Origin: Gemmatimonadaceae bacterium
GTDB taxonomy: Bacteria; Gemmatimonadota; Gemmatimonadetes; Gemmatimonadales; Gemmatimonadaceae
Assembly (NCBI GenBank): GCA_051859245.1
Contig: JBHYGA010000005.1
Coordinates: 64,001-128,000 of the forward strand
DNA: 64,000 bases
Direction of reading: 5' to 3'
Shown here: piece by piece, positions 10,610-19,377 of the stretch
How the letters are laid out: every line of letters begins with the position of its first letter
Position numbering within the stretch: position 1 is the first letter of the stretch
The notes under the pieces: model-generated
The model's database searches: none
What the model saw: the letters and a program-made list of their open reading frames with translations, nothing else
Told to the model about the DNA's origin: nothing
Position numbers and translations under genes: made by a program

Positions 10610-11583
10610 CCGCGTCTCCGCGCACCTGGCGCACGACGCGCCCTGTGGATGGGCCGTCTCGTGCTACCACAAACGACATCGCAGCGCTCAACGAGGTCTT
10701 CACGGAAGCGTTCAGCGATCGCTATCGCAAAGACGGCATGGTGGGCGTGCGCGTGCCACCGCTCAACCCGGCGATCTGGCGCTACGCCATTGAAGACGCG
10801 GCGGACGGCGCCATGTGCTGGCGCGATGATCGTCAACAGATCGTGGCGTTCAACATTGTGCACCGCTCCGGCGAAGAAGGGTGGATGGGGCCGCTGTGCG
10901 TGCGGCCCGACTACCAGAGCTCCGGGCTGGGCACCAAAATCGTGAAAGCGGGGCTGTCTTATCTGCGGGCGCACGGTGCGCGCGTGATCGGGCTGGAAAC
11001 CATGCCGCGCACGGTCGACAACATCGGTTTTTACTCGGCGCTTGGATTTGTGCCTGGCGCGCTCACGATCACGCTCACGCTCGAAGCGACTGGCGATGAT
11101 CGGCCGTTGCAGTTGTTGTCGCGACTGTCGCCGCTGGAGCGGGAGATCTCGATCAATGCGTGTCGCGCTTTAACGCAGCGCCTGCTGCCCGGCTACGACT
11201 TCACGCGTGAGATCGATCTCACGGAGCGGCTCGCGCTTGGCGACACGTTGTTGCTTGGCGATCCGGCGGCGCCAGATGGTTTTGCGCTCTGTCATTCGGC
11301 GTCGCTGGTAGAAGGGCGCGCACGTGATGAGCTGCGTGTGCTCAAACTGGTGCTCGCACGCCGTGCCGAGTTGCCCACGATTGTGCGAGCCCTCTGCGAC
11401 TTTGCGCGTCGCGGCGGCACACCGCGTGTCGCGATCCGCGTGCAGGGCGATTATCCGGACGCGTACCGTTTGCTGATTGCGCTAGGCGCTCGTGTCCGCT
11501 GGACGGATCTGCGTATGAGCGTGCACGGCTGGACGGAGCGCACGCCTGCTGAGGGTTTGGTGCTGTCGAACTGGGAAATCTGA
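10606..11583 (+). CDS. GNAT-family N-acetyltransferase (two-domain)
   Basis: Acetyl-CoA motif VRPDYQSSGLG and NIGFYSALGF. The GTG start overlaps the sbcC stop (GTGA). Confidence 0.85.
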   Translation: MTASPRTWRTTRPVDGPSRATTNDIAALNEVFTEAFSDRYRKDGMVGVRVPPLNPAIWRYAIEDAADGAMCWRDDRQQIVAFNIVHRSGEEGWMGPLCVRPDYQSSGLGTKIVKAGLSYLRAHGARVIGLETMPRTVDNIGFYSALGFVPGALTITLTLEATGDDRPLQLLSRLSPLEREISINACRALTQRLLPGYDFTREIDLTERLALGDTLLLGDPAAPDGFALCHSASLVEGRARDELRVLKLVLARRAELPTIVRALCDFARRGGTPRVAIRVQGDYPDAYRLLIALGARVRWTDLRMSVHGWTERTPAEGLVLSNWEI

Positions 11584-11595
11584 CGCCGCGCGGAA

Positions 11596-11790
11596 TCAGC
11601 GACGTGGCTTGGGTTTGCTGGTGTTGGACGGCTCGACCGGATCCGGTGTCCCGCGCACGACGATGCGCCAGATGATCAGAAATACACCTGCCGTCAGGAA
11701 CAGATGGACCCAACCGGGCGCTGTGGTGGTAAACGTGATCCACGCCCAGCCGATCAGCATGGTGACGCCAGCGATGATCCAGAAGTCCAT
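11596..11790 (-). CDS. Small two-TM membrane protein (lmo0937-like)
   Basis: 64 aa with two hydrophobic helices and GWVHLFL. Confidence 0.7.
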   Translation of the reverse strand: MDFWIIAGVTMLIGWAWITFTTTAPGWVHLFLTAGVFLIIWRIVVRGTPDPVEPSNTSKPKPRR

Positions 11791-11813
11791 AGGCTGTGTG
11801 GTGCGTAAGGGGT

Positions 11814-11843
11814 TTGCGCGAAAACGTGCGTGCCTTGTACAAT
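11814..11843 (+). promoter_or_regulatory. Putative sigma70 promoter for the ncRNA
   Basis: TTGCGC-18 nt-TACAAT upstream of the structured RNA. Confidence 0.45.
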
Positions 11844-11856
11844 GAAGAAGTTAAGC

Positions 11857-12059
11857 GAGCCGCGCACCTCTGGCTGGCCGAAAAACGAGTTCGGGACGGA
11901 GAGATTTACTTCTTGAGCCGATAAGCTCTTGGAGTGGGCCTGACATACTGTGTGGACGCCATGCCCCAGTGCGGGGAAGACGGAAGTGCGGTGAGGGTCT
12001 CATTATTTCTCTTGGGCTTCAAGATCACCTCTTCGATCCCGTAGTAAACGCAGCGGCTC
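11857..12059 (+). ncRNA. ssrS: Probable 6S RNA
   Basis: Long rod. CGGGACGGAGAG(11892) pairs with CTCTTCGATCCCG(12041), TCTTGAGCC with GGCTTCAAGA, then a central bubble, AGTGGGCCT with GGGTCTCATT, and an apical CATGCCCC..GGGGAAG stem. Promoter upstream, terminator downstream. Ends approximate. Confidence 0.65.
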
Positions 12060-12089
12060 CGTCCTTCTGGGCGGGGCCGTTGTGTTTTT
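12048..12089 (+). terminator. Intrinsic terminator
   Basis: ACGCAGCGGCTCCGTCC-TTCT-GGGCGGGGCCGTTGTGT followed by a T-run. The G-U pairs indicate the + strand. Confidence 0.8.
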
Positions 12090-12265
12090 CCGGTCCTCGA
12101 TCGGAGGCTCGCGTATAGCCGCGGCGCGGGCAACGGCGTACCGTTCACTATCCCGACAGTGCCTTTCGGGAACGCGCGCCCCGCCGAAGGGGTTGACTGC
12201 CGCGTGGGCTGCAACCGGCCGGCCCACGAACGCCTGTTCCCTTGCTGGCCGGAACCTGAGTCCGC

Positions 12266-12679
12266 ATGTCCATCGTTACAGTCACGCGGCGTCTGCGATT
12301 CAATGCAGCCCACCGCGTGCACAATCCGGCGCTTTCCGACGAAGAGAACGCGCGTCTGTTTGGCAAGTGCAACAACAAAAACTGGCACGGGCACAACTAC
12401 GTGCTGGAAGTGTCGGTGCGGGGAGCCATTGATCCCGTCACGGGCTACGTGGTGGATCTGGGTGTAGTGCGCGATATCGTCGAGCGCGAAGTCATTGAAA
12501 AAACGGATCACCGAAACCTGAACCTCGAGGTGGATTACCTCGCGGGGATCAATCCCACCTCGGAGAACATCATCGTTGCCATGTGGCGCGTGATCGAGCC
12601 CGTGCTGTTGCCTGCTCGGCTGCAGCGGCTCCGCCTCTGGGAGACCGAGAATAATTATGTCGAATATGAGGGGGAGTGA
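12266..12679 (+). CDS. 6-pyruvoyl-tetrahydropterin synthase family protein (PTPS-II type, QueD superfamily)
   Basis: [17 protein letters not shown] (CX5HGH), DHRNLN, TSENI and LWETENN. Confidence 0.93.
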   Translation: MSIVTVTRRLRFNAAHRVHNPALSDEENARLFGKCNNKNWHGHNYVLEVSVRGAIDPVTGYVVDLGVVRDIVEREVIEKTDHRNLNLEVDYLAGINPTSENIIVAMWRVIEPVLLPARLQRLRLWETENNYVEYEGE

Positions 12680-12683
12680 GCGC

Positions 12684-13343
12684 ATGATTCGTCCAACGCG
12701 AGATCTCATCGATCCGACGCTCCTGCGCGGCGCGACGGAAGTTGATACCGATGAGATGTCGGTGGACACCGATCGTATGCGCGAGTTTGAGCAGGTGATC
12801 CGTCGTCAGCTTGAGCTGGTGGGCGAAGATCCGGAGCGTGAGGGATTGCTGAAAACGCCGAGCCGTGTGGCCAAGGCGTTGTCGTGGCTCACGCGCGGAT
12901 ATGAACTGGATCCGGCTGAAGTGATCGGCGACGCGATCTTCAATGAAAACCATGAGAACATGGTGATGGTGCGCGACATCGAGTTGTATTCGATGTGCGA
13001 GCATCACATGCTGCCGTTCTTTGGTCGCGCGCACGTGGCGTATATCCCCGACGGCAAGATTGTTGGACTGTCCAAGATTCCGCGCGTGGTTGAAGTCTTT
13101 GCGCGCCGTTTGCAGGTGCAGGAACGGCTTGGCGAACAGGTCGCGGATGCGCTCGAGGAAGTGCTCAAGCCAAAGGGCGTGGGCGTGGTGATCGAAGCGG
13201 TGCATCTCTGCATGATGATGCGCGGCGTCGAGAAGCAGAACTCGCGCACGATTACATCGTCGCTGCGTGGTGTCTTCCGTGACGATGCGCGCACGCGCAG
13301 TGAGTTCTTGCGCCTCGCACACCCGAACGGTGCTGGATACTGA
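12684..13343 (+). CDS. folE: GTP cyclohydrolase I
   Basis: [26 protein letters not shown] and HLCMMMRGV. Confidence 0.97.
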   Translation: MIRPTRDLIDPTLLRGATEVDTDEMSVDTDRMREFEQVIRRQLELVGEDPEREGLLKTPSRVAKALSWLTRGYELDPAEVIGDAIFNENHENMVMVRDIELYSMCEHHMLPFFGRAHVAYIPDGKIVGLSKIPRVVEVFARRLQVQERLGEQVADALEEVLKPKGVGVVIEAVHLCMMMRGVEKQNSRTITSSLRGVFRDDARTRSEFLRLAHPNGAGY

Positions 13344-13362
13344 CGGGACGCACGCCCAGCGA

Positions 13363-14085
13363 GTGGCAACGCTGTCACTCGCTGGACGTTCTGCGCTGGT
13401 CACGGGCGCGTCGCGCGGTATCGGATTTGCGATTGCAGCCGCACTCACCTCGGCGGGTGTGCGCACGTGGATGATTGCGCGTGATGCGGCGCGATTGCAC
13501 GACGCGGCACGACAGCTTGGCGGCAATGCGTTCACGCTGCCGTGTGATGTTGGCGATCGCAGTGCGGTGCAGCACGCGGCGTCGGCGGTGAGCGAAAATC
13601 TTGGTGGTGCACCGGATATTCTGGTGAACAACGTGGGCGTGTTCCCGTTGCACAGCATCGAGAGCACCTCGCCGGAATCGTTCGCCGACACGTTGCAGGT
13701 CAACGTGCTGGCGCCGTTTCTCTTTGCGCGTGCCTTCCTGAGTGACATGCGTCAGCGGGGCAGTGGGCATGTCGTCACGCTCGGCTCGGTTGCTGATCGT
13801 CATACGTTCCCCGAGAACGGTGCGTACGCGGCGAGCAAACACGCGCAGCGGGCGTTTCACGAGGTGTTGCGTCAGGAACTGCGCGGCAGCGGTGTGCGCG
13901 CCACGCTGGTGAGCCCGAGCCCGACGGATACGGACATCTGGGATCCCGTTGATCCCGACAACCGCGAGGGGTTTCCGCCGCGCGCGTTGATGCTGCGGCC
14001 GGCGGATGTGGCGGATGCCGTGATGTTCGCGATCACGCGTCCGGTACACGTGAACATTGACGAGTTGCGGGTGTCGCACAGCTGA
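13363..14085 (+). CDS. Short-chain dehydrogenase/reductase, candidate sepiapterin reductase
   Basis: TGASRGIG, NNVG and catalytic YAASK; in an operon with PTPS and folE. Alternative start at 13330. Confidence 0.85.
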   Translation: MATLSLAGRSALVTGASRGIGFAIAAALTSAGVRTWMIARDAARLHDAARQLGGNAFTLPCDVGDRSAVQHAASAVSENLGGAPDILVNNVGVFPLHSIESTSPESFADTLQVNVLAPFLFARAFLSDMRQRGSGHVVTLGSVADRHTFPENGAYAASKHAQRAFHEVLRQELRGSGVRATLVSPSPTDTDIWDPVDPDNREGFPPRALMLRPADVADAVMFAITRPVHVNIDELRVSHS

Positions 14086-14139
14086 CTCCAACGCACCGTT
14101 CGTGCGTTCGGCGTATCGTGGCGCGCGCCGGTTGCTCAG

Positions 14140-14193
14140 CGGGTTTCGCGCCGGGTTTCACGCCGGGTTTCACGCCGGGTTTCGCGCCGGGTT
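14140..14193. repeat. 12-bp tandem repeat (CGGGTTTCRCGC) x4.5
   Basis: Units read directly at 14140, 14152, 14164 and 14176, with a partial unit at 14188. Confidence 0.9.
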
Positions 14194-14227
14194 GCGCAGC
14201 CCGCGCTGACATCGCCAGCTTGGTGGC

Positions 14228-14905
14228 ATGCACGTAGACCTGATAGAGTCGCTCCGATGTCCGCGTCGTCATGAAGACGGTTGGCTCGTCGCCGCGACCG
14301 ATGAGGTGATCGATCGACAGATCGTGCGCGGCACCCTTGGCTGTCCGATTTGCGGTGGTGAGTGGCGCATTCAAGCGGGCGAGCTCGATTTCGGCCAGGT
14401 GGCGTTTGCTGTTCACGAGACGGCGGGTACGGACACCGGCGCGGCGCACGAACTTGCGTCCGCTGAATCACACGCTATGCGACTGGCCGCGTTGCTCGAT
14501 CTCCGCGATGCCAACGGCTTTGTTGTGCTCACCGGTGAGTCGGCTCTCGTGGCGGACACGCTGCACTCGCTGACCGGTGTACGCGTGCTCGCTGTGAACG
14601 CGTCACGTGGCGCCGCCACGCGTCATTCACGACTTCGTGTGGCGAATGCGCTGCCGCTTGGTGTGGGCACCGCGCGCGGCGTGGTACTCGACTCGATGCA
14701 TGGCGACAGCGATTGGCTCGACAGCGCCGTGCGCGCCGTGGCGCGCGGCGGACGTGTGGTTGCACCTACACACGTGCACGTCCCGAGTGATGTTGAAGAG
14801 CTGGCGCGCGATGAACGGGAGTGGGTTGGTGCAGTGCGTGTCGCGGCGAGTGGATTGGTGCCGCTTCGGCGGGGTGGGGATCCGATGGGCGAGATCAGCC
14901 GCTGA
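14228..14905 (+). CDS. Trm112-like Zn-ribbon fused to a degenerate methyltransferase-like domain
   Basis: LRCP..H...GTLGCPICG..WRIQAG at the N-terminus. C-terminus has LPLGVGTARGVV and RAVARGGRVV. Confidence 0.6.
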   Translation: MHVDLIESLRCPRRHEDGWLVAATDEVIDRQIVRGTLGCPICGGEWRIQAGELDFGQVAFAVHETAGTDTGAAHELASAESHAMRLAALLDLRDANGFVVLTGESALVADTLHSLTGVRVLAVNASRGAATRHSRLRVANALPLGVGTARGVVLDSMHGDSDWLDSAVRAVARGGRVVAPTHVHVPSDVEELARDEREWVGAVRVAASGLVPLRRGGDPMGEISR

Positions 14906-16034
14906 GCTCAAAGCAGGGGTCGACGCCGGGATTGCCCAAGCCCCACGCAGCGACTCGACGCGCCGCCGGTAGTGCCTGCAACGTGGTCGGTTCGTTCAAT
15001 CCGCCTGTTGCGACCTTGCCCAGCCCCAACACCACACTGGTCAGCGCGAGCCGCTTCTGGTCGCCGAGGAAAGATTCGCCGCCGCTGCAGGTGCGTGTGT
15101 TGCCGACTGAGTTCACACGACCGTCCGGTGCCACTCGCTGAGCGAGCCAAGCGGCCCCGCGGTGCATTGCGGCGAGCAAGGCTGCTCGTGCTGTACCACT
15201 GTTGAGCACACTCGCGACATCCATCCCAATGTCGAGCGCCACCGCCTGATATGATGTGTCCCAACCATCACCCTCGGCGAACCAGCCGGCAGCGTTTTGC
15301 TTGCCCAGCGCCGCCTCAATAAACGGTTGAGCGTACTGCTGCGTGACCGTGTCGTCGGCCAGCGCGCCGCACGCGTGATACGCCCGCGCGTCGAAGAGCA
15401 GCCGATTAGGCGCGTTCGCATCGGCGGCCGCGAGCAACGCGCGCTTTCCGGCGAGCCACACCACAGCCTGTTGCGCCGACGCGCGCAGCGATGCGCGTTG
15501 TGATGCTGCCACTACCGCGTCTCGCTGGGCGTGTGCTTCGAGGGCGAGTAAACCGAGGCACGCGTCTCCCAGAAAGAAGGCAGCGCCACTGGCGACATCG
15601 GCGTCACTCGGCTGCATCCCCATGGAAACACTCAGCGGAACTGACGCCGGAAGTGCGCCGTCCTGCTGCATCGTGCTGAACGCCACTTCAATGCCGCGCA
15701 CAGCGCGCGTGCCATCAGTTACGCGTCCGGCGATGAGCGCCATTCGCAACGCAGTTCCAGTACCCATCTGGAATCGTGATGCATACATCCGACCCCATTC
15801 GCGATTGCGCCCAATGAGTCCATCATCAGCAGCAGGAAGGCCCGCGGCCACGCTCGCTAGTACTTCCGCACCAAGCGGCGCCATCAACAACGAGTCATTC
15901 GCGCGCACCGCGCGCGCGGTGCGTTCAACCGCGGGAGTCACCGGTGACTCGGGCAGAGGAGACAGCGGTGTGTCGACCGCACTCTCGGCGCATGCCGCGA
16001 GCGCAACGAGCATGAGTGCATGGAGTACTCGCAT
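14895..16034 (-). CDS. Hypothetical lipoprotein, possibly an alpha/alpha-barrel
   Basis: Lipobox LAAC and QxxxG-like repeats (QQDGAL, KQNAAGWF, APDGRV). Confidence 0.65.
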   Translation of the reverse strand: MRVLHALMLVALAACAESAVDTPLSPLPESPVTPAVERTARAVRANDSLLMAPLGAEVLASVAAGLPAADDGLIGRNREWGRMYASRFQMGTGTALRMALIAGRVTDGTRAVRGIEVAFSTMQQDGALPASVPLSVSMGMQPSDADVASGAAFFLGDACLGLLALEAHAQRDAVVAASQRASLRASAQQAVVWLAGKRALLAAADANAPNRLLFDARAYHACGALADDTVTQQYAQPFIEAALGKQNAAGWFAEGDGWDTSYQAVALDIGMDVASVLNSGTARAALLAAMHRGAAWLAQRVAPDGRVNSVGNTRTCSGGESFLGDQKRLALTSVVLGLGKVATGGLNEPTTLQALPAARRVAAWGLGNPGVDPCFELSG

Positions 16035-16042
16035 CGCTGATT

Positions 16043-17263
16043 CTACCGCCGCACAATCCGAAACACCCGGATCACCGGACGCCCCTCGTCATCTTCCGCC
16101 GGCACCGCCACGCGATCTTTCCCCCACGCTTCAGACGTGAACTGCTCCTTCGGCCACAGCGCCGCCGGCACGCGCACCACATCAAGCCACTCGCGCCCCG
16201 GACCGAACACGTCAAACTCCACCATCGTGGTATCAGCCAGCGAACGGCGTGCCCACACGCGACCTGACAAATCCACAAGGAAACGTTCAAACGGCGGACG
16301 CACACTCGGAATCTTTCCCGGATCCATCGACGCGCGCAGTGTTGCTTCGGGCGGGCCGCCGGGGCGCGAGGTCATTCCCGTAATGCGCGCGTCAACAATC
16401 GCCTGTTTCTCCGCGCCGGTGACAGTCGCCGGCGAAAACACGCGCCCGAACAGCGCCGCCGTATCCGTGCCGTCGCGCGACACGCGCAGCAGATACTCGT
16501 TGTTCCACGCCGTGATGAATCCGCCCTGTGGATCGGCGGTGACCACTTCGCGCGGCTGCAAAGGCACGCTCATAATCATTTGCAGCTGGTCGCCGTTGCG
16601 CACCTCCCACTGATGATCCGGACCTGATGGCTCACGCCGGTGCCACACAAACACCGTGTCCGCTTGTGTGGCGCCAAAATCTGTGCGAATGAACACGGCG
16701 GCCGCGCGTGTCGTATCAGGCGGCGAGTGGTTGGCGGGCATCAACGCACGCCCGTCTATGTCAATCCCGAGCGGCGACCAGTAACAGCACGTCGTGGAGA
16801 TGGACCGCACATATGTGCCGTCGCTGATCCGAAAGCTGCTGGCACGACCGGCCATTGGATCTTGCACCAACAGGGTGTCACCGCGCGCTGCAATCCAGCC
16901 AACACGAAACTCTCCAGGGCCCGATCCGCGCTGGCCAATGCGCCGCAGAAACGAGCCGTTCGCATCGAAGACTTTCACGTGCGCGTCATCATCTTCGGCC
17001 ACGAGCACCAGCCCTTCGGCGGTCATCGTAATGTCGTTGGGATTCATCAGCTCGCCGGGCTCGCCTTCGGCCGGTTGAATCTCGTGCAGCAACTCGAGAG
17101 ACCACCGCCCGGAGTCTGCGGGCGCTGATGACATCGTGCGCACGATGCCGCCAGGCAACGTATCAACCGTCATGCGCTGCGGCGCAGACGAATCGCCGCC
17201 ACCGCAAGCGGTAACGGCGATCAGACAAGCGGTGAACCAGAACCCGTGCGTGTGTTGAGGCAT
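16043..17263 (-). CDS. 6-bladed beta-propeller lipoprotein
   Basis: Lipobox VTAC and VFDANGSFLRRIGQRGSGPGEF. Confidence 0.8.
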   Translation of the reverse strand: MPQHTHGFWFTACLIAVTACGGGDSSAPQRMTVDTLPGGIVRTMSSAPADSGRWSLELLHEIQPAEGEPGELMNPNDITMTAEGLVLVAEDDDAHVKVFDANGSFLRRIGQRGSGPGEFRVGWIAARGDTLLVQDPMAGRASSFRISDGTYVRSISTTCCYWSPLGIDIDGRALMPANHSPPDTTRAAAVFIRTDFGATQADTVFVWHRREPSGPDHQWEVRNGDQLQMIMSVPLQPREVVTADPQGGFITAWNNEYLLRVSRDGTDTAALFGRVFSPATVTGAEKQAIVDARITGMTSRPGGPPEATLRASMDPGKIPSVRPPFERFLVDLSGRVWARRSLADTTMVEFDVFGPGREWLDVVRVPAALWPKEQFTSEAWGKDRVAVPAEDDEGRPVIRVFRIVRR

Positions 17264-17306
17264 ACGCGATTAGACAACCGATCTGCGTAACGGGTTGTAC
17301 GACGCG

Positions 17307-19190
17307 CTACTCCGCGTACAGACTCTCAATAAACTCGGCATTCGTTTTCTCCACCACCCGACGCTTCACGCTCAACTTGGGCGTCAGCTCACCACGCTCA
17401 ATGCTGAAGTCATGCTCGAGCAAGCCGATCTTCTTGGGCGTCTCGTAACTGCCGAGTCCGGTGAGCTCACTCTTGACTTCCTTCTCCATCTTGGCCTGCA
17501 CGGTCGGCATCTTGAGCAGTTCCGCTCGGCTCGTCCACACAATGTTCTGCTCGGCCGACCACTTCTCGAGCTGATCCCAGTCCGGCACGATTAGCACAAT
17601 CGGGAACTTGCGCTTATCGCCAATCATCACCGCCTGACTCACGTACTTGTTCGTCTTGATGCGGTTTTCAATCGGCTGCGGCGCCAGATTCTTTCCTCCG
17701 GCGGTGACAATGATGTCTTTCTTGCGGTCGGTGATCTTGAGAAACCCGTCTTGGATTTCACCAATGTCGCCGGTGTGAAACCAGCCTTCGTGATCGATCG
17801 CTTCGGCCGTGGCTTCCGGGTTCTTGTAGTACCCTTTCATCACGTGCGGGCCGCGCGTGAGAATCTCGCCGTCGTTTGCAATGCGCACTTCCACGCCGGC
17901 AATCGGCTTGCCCACCGTGCCAATCCGAAAGTTCTCGGGCGTGTTCGCGGAAATGACAGGCGATGTTTCCGTCAGGCCGTAGCCTTCGAGAATCACCAGC
18001 CCCGCTGAGTAGAAAAACTTGTTGATCGTGGGCGAGAGCGGTGCACCACCAGAAATGAAATAGCGAAGTCGTCCACCAGTGCGCTCCTTGAGTTTGGAAA
18101 ACACCAGCTTCTGCGCGAGACCGTATTGAAAGGCGAGCAATCCACCAGGCTCACGTCCAGAGAGCTTGACATCAGACCAGCGCTCACCAACCGCGCGTGC
18201 CCAGAAAAAGATCTTCGCTTTCAATCCGCCCGCCGCCACGGCGTTCTCCAGCACGCGTGCGTAAATCTTCTCGTACAGTCGCGGCACCGACATCATGAGC
18301 GTGGGGCTCACTTCCTGCATGTTGATCGGCACGGTGTCGATCGATTCTGCGTACGCAATGGTCACACCGTTCGCGAACAGGTAGTAGTCACCCATGCGCT
18401 CGAAGATGTGACTCAGCGGCAAGAAGCTGAGTGCGACATCACCGCCAATGAGCGGAATGCTGTGCTGCGTGGCGATGCAATTGGAGTACACATTGTCATG
18501 CGTGAGCATGACACCTTTCGGGTTGCCGGTGGTGCCCGACGTGTAGATCAACGTGATCAAATGATCTGGCTGCACGGCGAGTGCATCGGCCTTGAACCTG
18601 GCGGCCACGTCGGCGTTGTCCTGCGCGGCGCCCAACGCTTCAAGTTCAGCCAGCGTCATGTCGCAACCGTCTACTTTCGTTGCGGCAAATCCGATCACCC
18701 ACTGCAACGCCGGGATGGAACTGCGAATTGACGCGATCTTCTGCGCCTGCGCCGCGTTCGACACAAAAATCACTTTCGCGCCGGAGTCGTTCAGCACATA
18801 CGGAATCTGCTCAGCCGGTAGTGTGGGATACACCGGAACGTCGATCACGCCCGAGCAGAGGCACGCGTAGTCTGCAATCGCCCACTCCGGCCGATTCTCC
18901 GACAGAATGCCGGCGCGATCACCAGCCAGCACACCCAGTTGCTGCAATCCAAGCGCGGTGCGACGCACACGCTCCAGCACGGTGGCGTGCGAGAGCGACT
19001 CCCACGTGCCTCCCACTTTGTGCATCAGCGCCTTGGGCAGCGCACGTTCTTCGATCGCTTTGAAGAACAAGGCATTGATGGTGCCGGGCGCCTCCATGCG
19101 CGGACCGCCCGACGTAAATCGGTTGGGAGACGGCACGGAGGACAGCGTATTGGCGAGCGACGCGAAAGCGCTTCCGGAAGGAGCGGTCAT
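17307..19190 (-). CDS. fadD: Long-chain fatty-acid-CoA ligase
   Basis: YTSGTTGNPKG, EGYGLTETS, FHTGDIG and ITDRKKD. Start chosen after the GGAG RBS. Confidence 0.93.
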   Translation of the reverse strand: MTAPSGSAFASLANTLSSVPSPNRFTSGGPRMEAPGTINALFFKAIEERALPKALMHKVGGTWESLSHATVLERVRRTALGLQQLGVLAGDRAGILSENRPEWAIADYACLCSGVIDVPVYPTLPAEQIPYVLNDSGAKVIFVSNAAQAQKIASIRSSIPALQWVIGFAATKVDGCDMTLAELEALGAAQDNADVAARFKADALAVQPDHLITLIYTSGTTGNPKGVMLTHDNVYSNCIATQHSIPLIGGDVALSFLPLSHIFERMGDYYLFANGVTIAYAESIDTVPINMQEVSPTLMMSVPRLYEKIYARVLENAVAAGGLKAKIFFWARAVGERWSDVKLSGREPGGLLAFQYGLAQKLVFSKLKERTGGRLRYFISGGAPLSPTINKFFYSAGLVILEGYGLTETSPVISANTPENFRIGTVGKPIAGVEVRIANDGEILTRGPHVMKGYYKNPEATAEAIDHEGWFHTGDIGEIQDGFLKITDRKKDIIVTAGGKNLAPQPIENRIKTNKYVSQAVMIGDKRKFPIVLIVPDWDQLEKWSAEQNIVWTSRAELLKMPTVQAKMEKEVKSELTGLGSYETPKKIGLLEHDFSIERGELTPKLSVKRRVVEKTNAEFIESLYAE

Positions 19191-19377
19191 CGCCATCTCC
19201 AGCACAGAGGTGGGCAAACAGGAGGGAGGCTGGCGCCCGAAATCATTCCGGGCACACACGCAGAGGGCAACCAGCGCGAACAGCACGCGCTACGCACTGG
19301 AGATCTCGACAATTTGCAGTACACGGCGTCTGGGCGGGAGTACCCCCAGGGCACCCATGAACCGGCGTGCGAAAGGA

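Noticed and set aside
11850..12265. preQ1 or THF riboswitch ahead of the queD-like gene and folE
   Set aside because: I could not see the consensus elements. The rod-like fold fits 6S RNA better, and the PTPS is not QueD-type.
14140..14193. Short repeats here and at 31062-31116 as CRISPR arrays
   Set aside because: 12-bp units with no spacers, and no cas genes.
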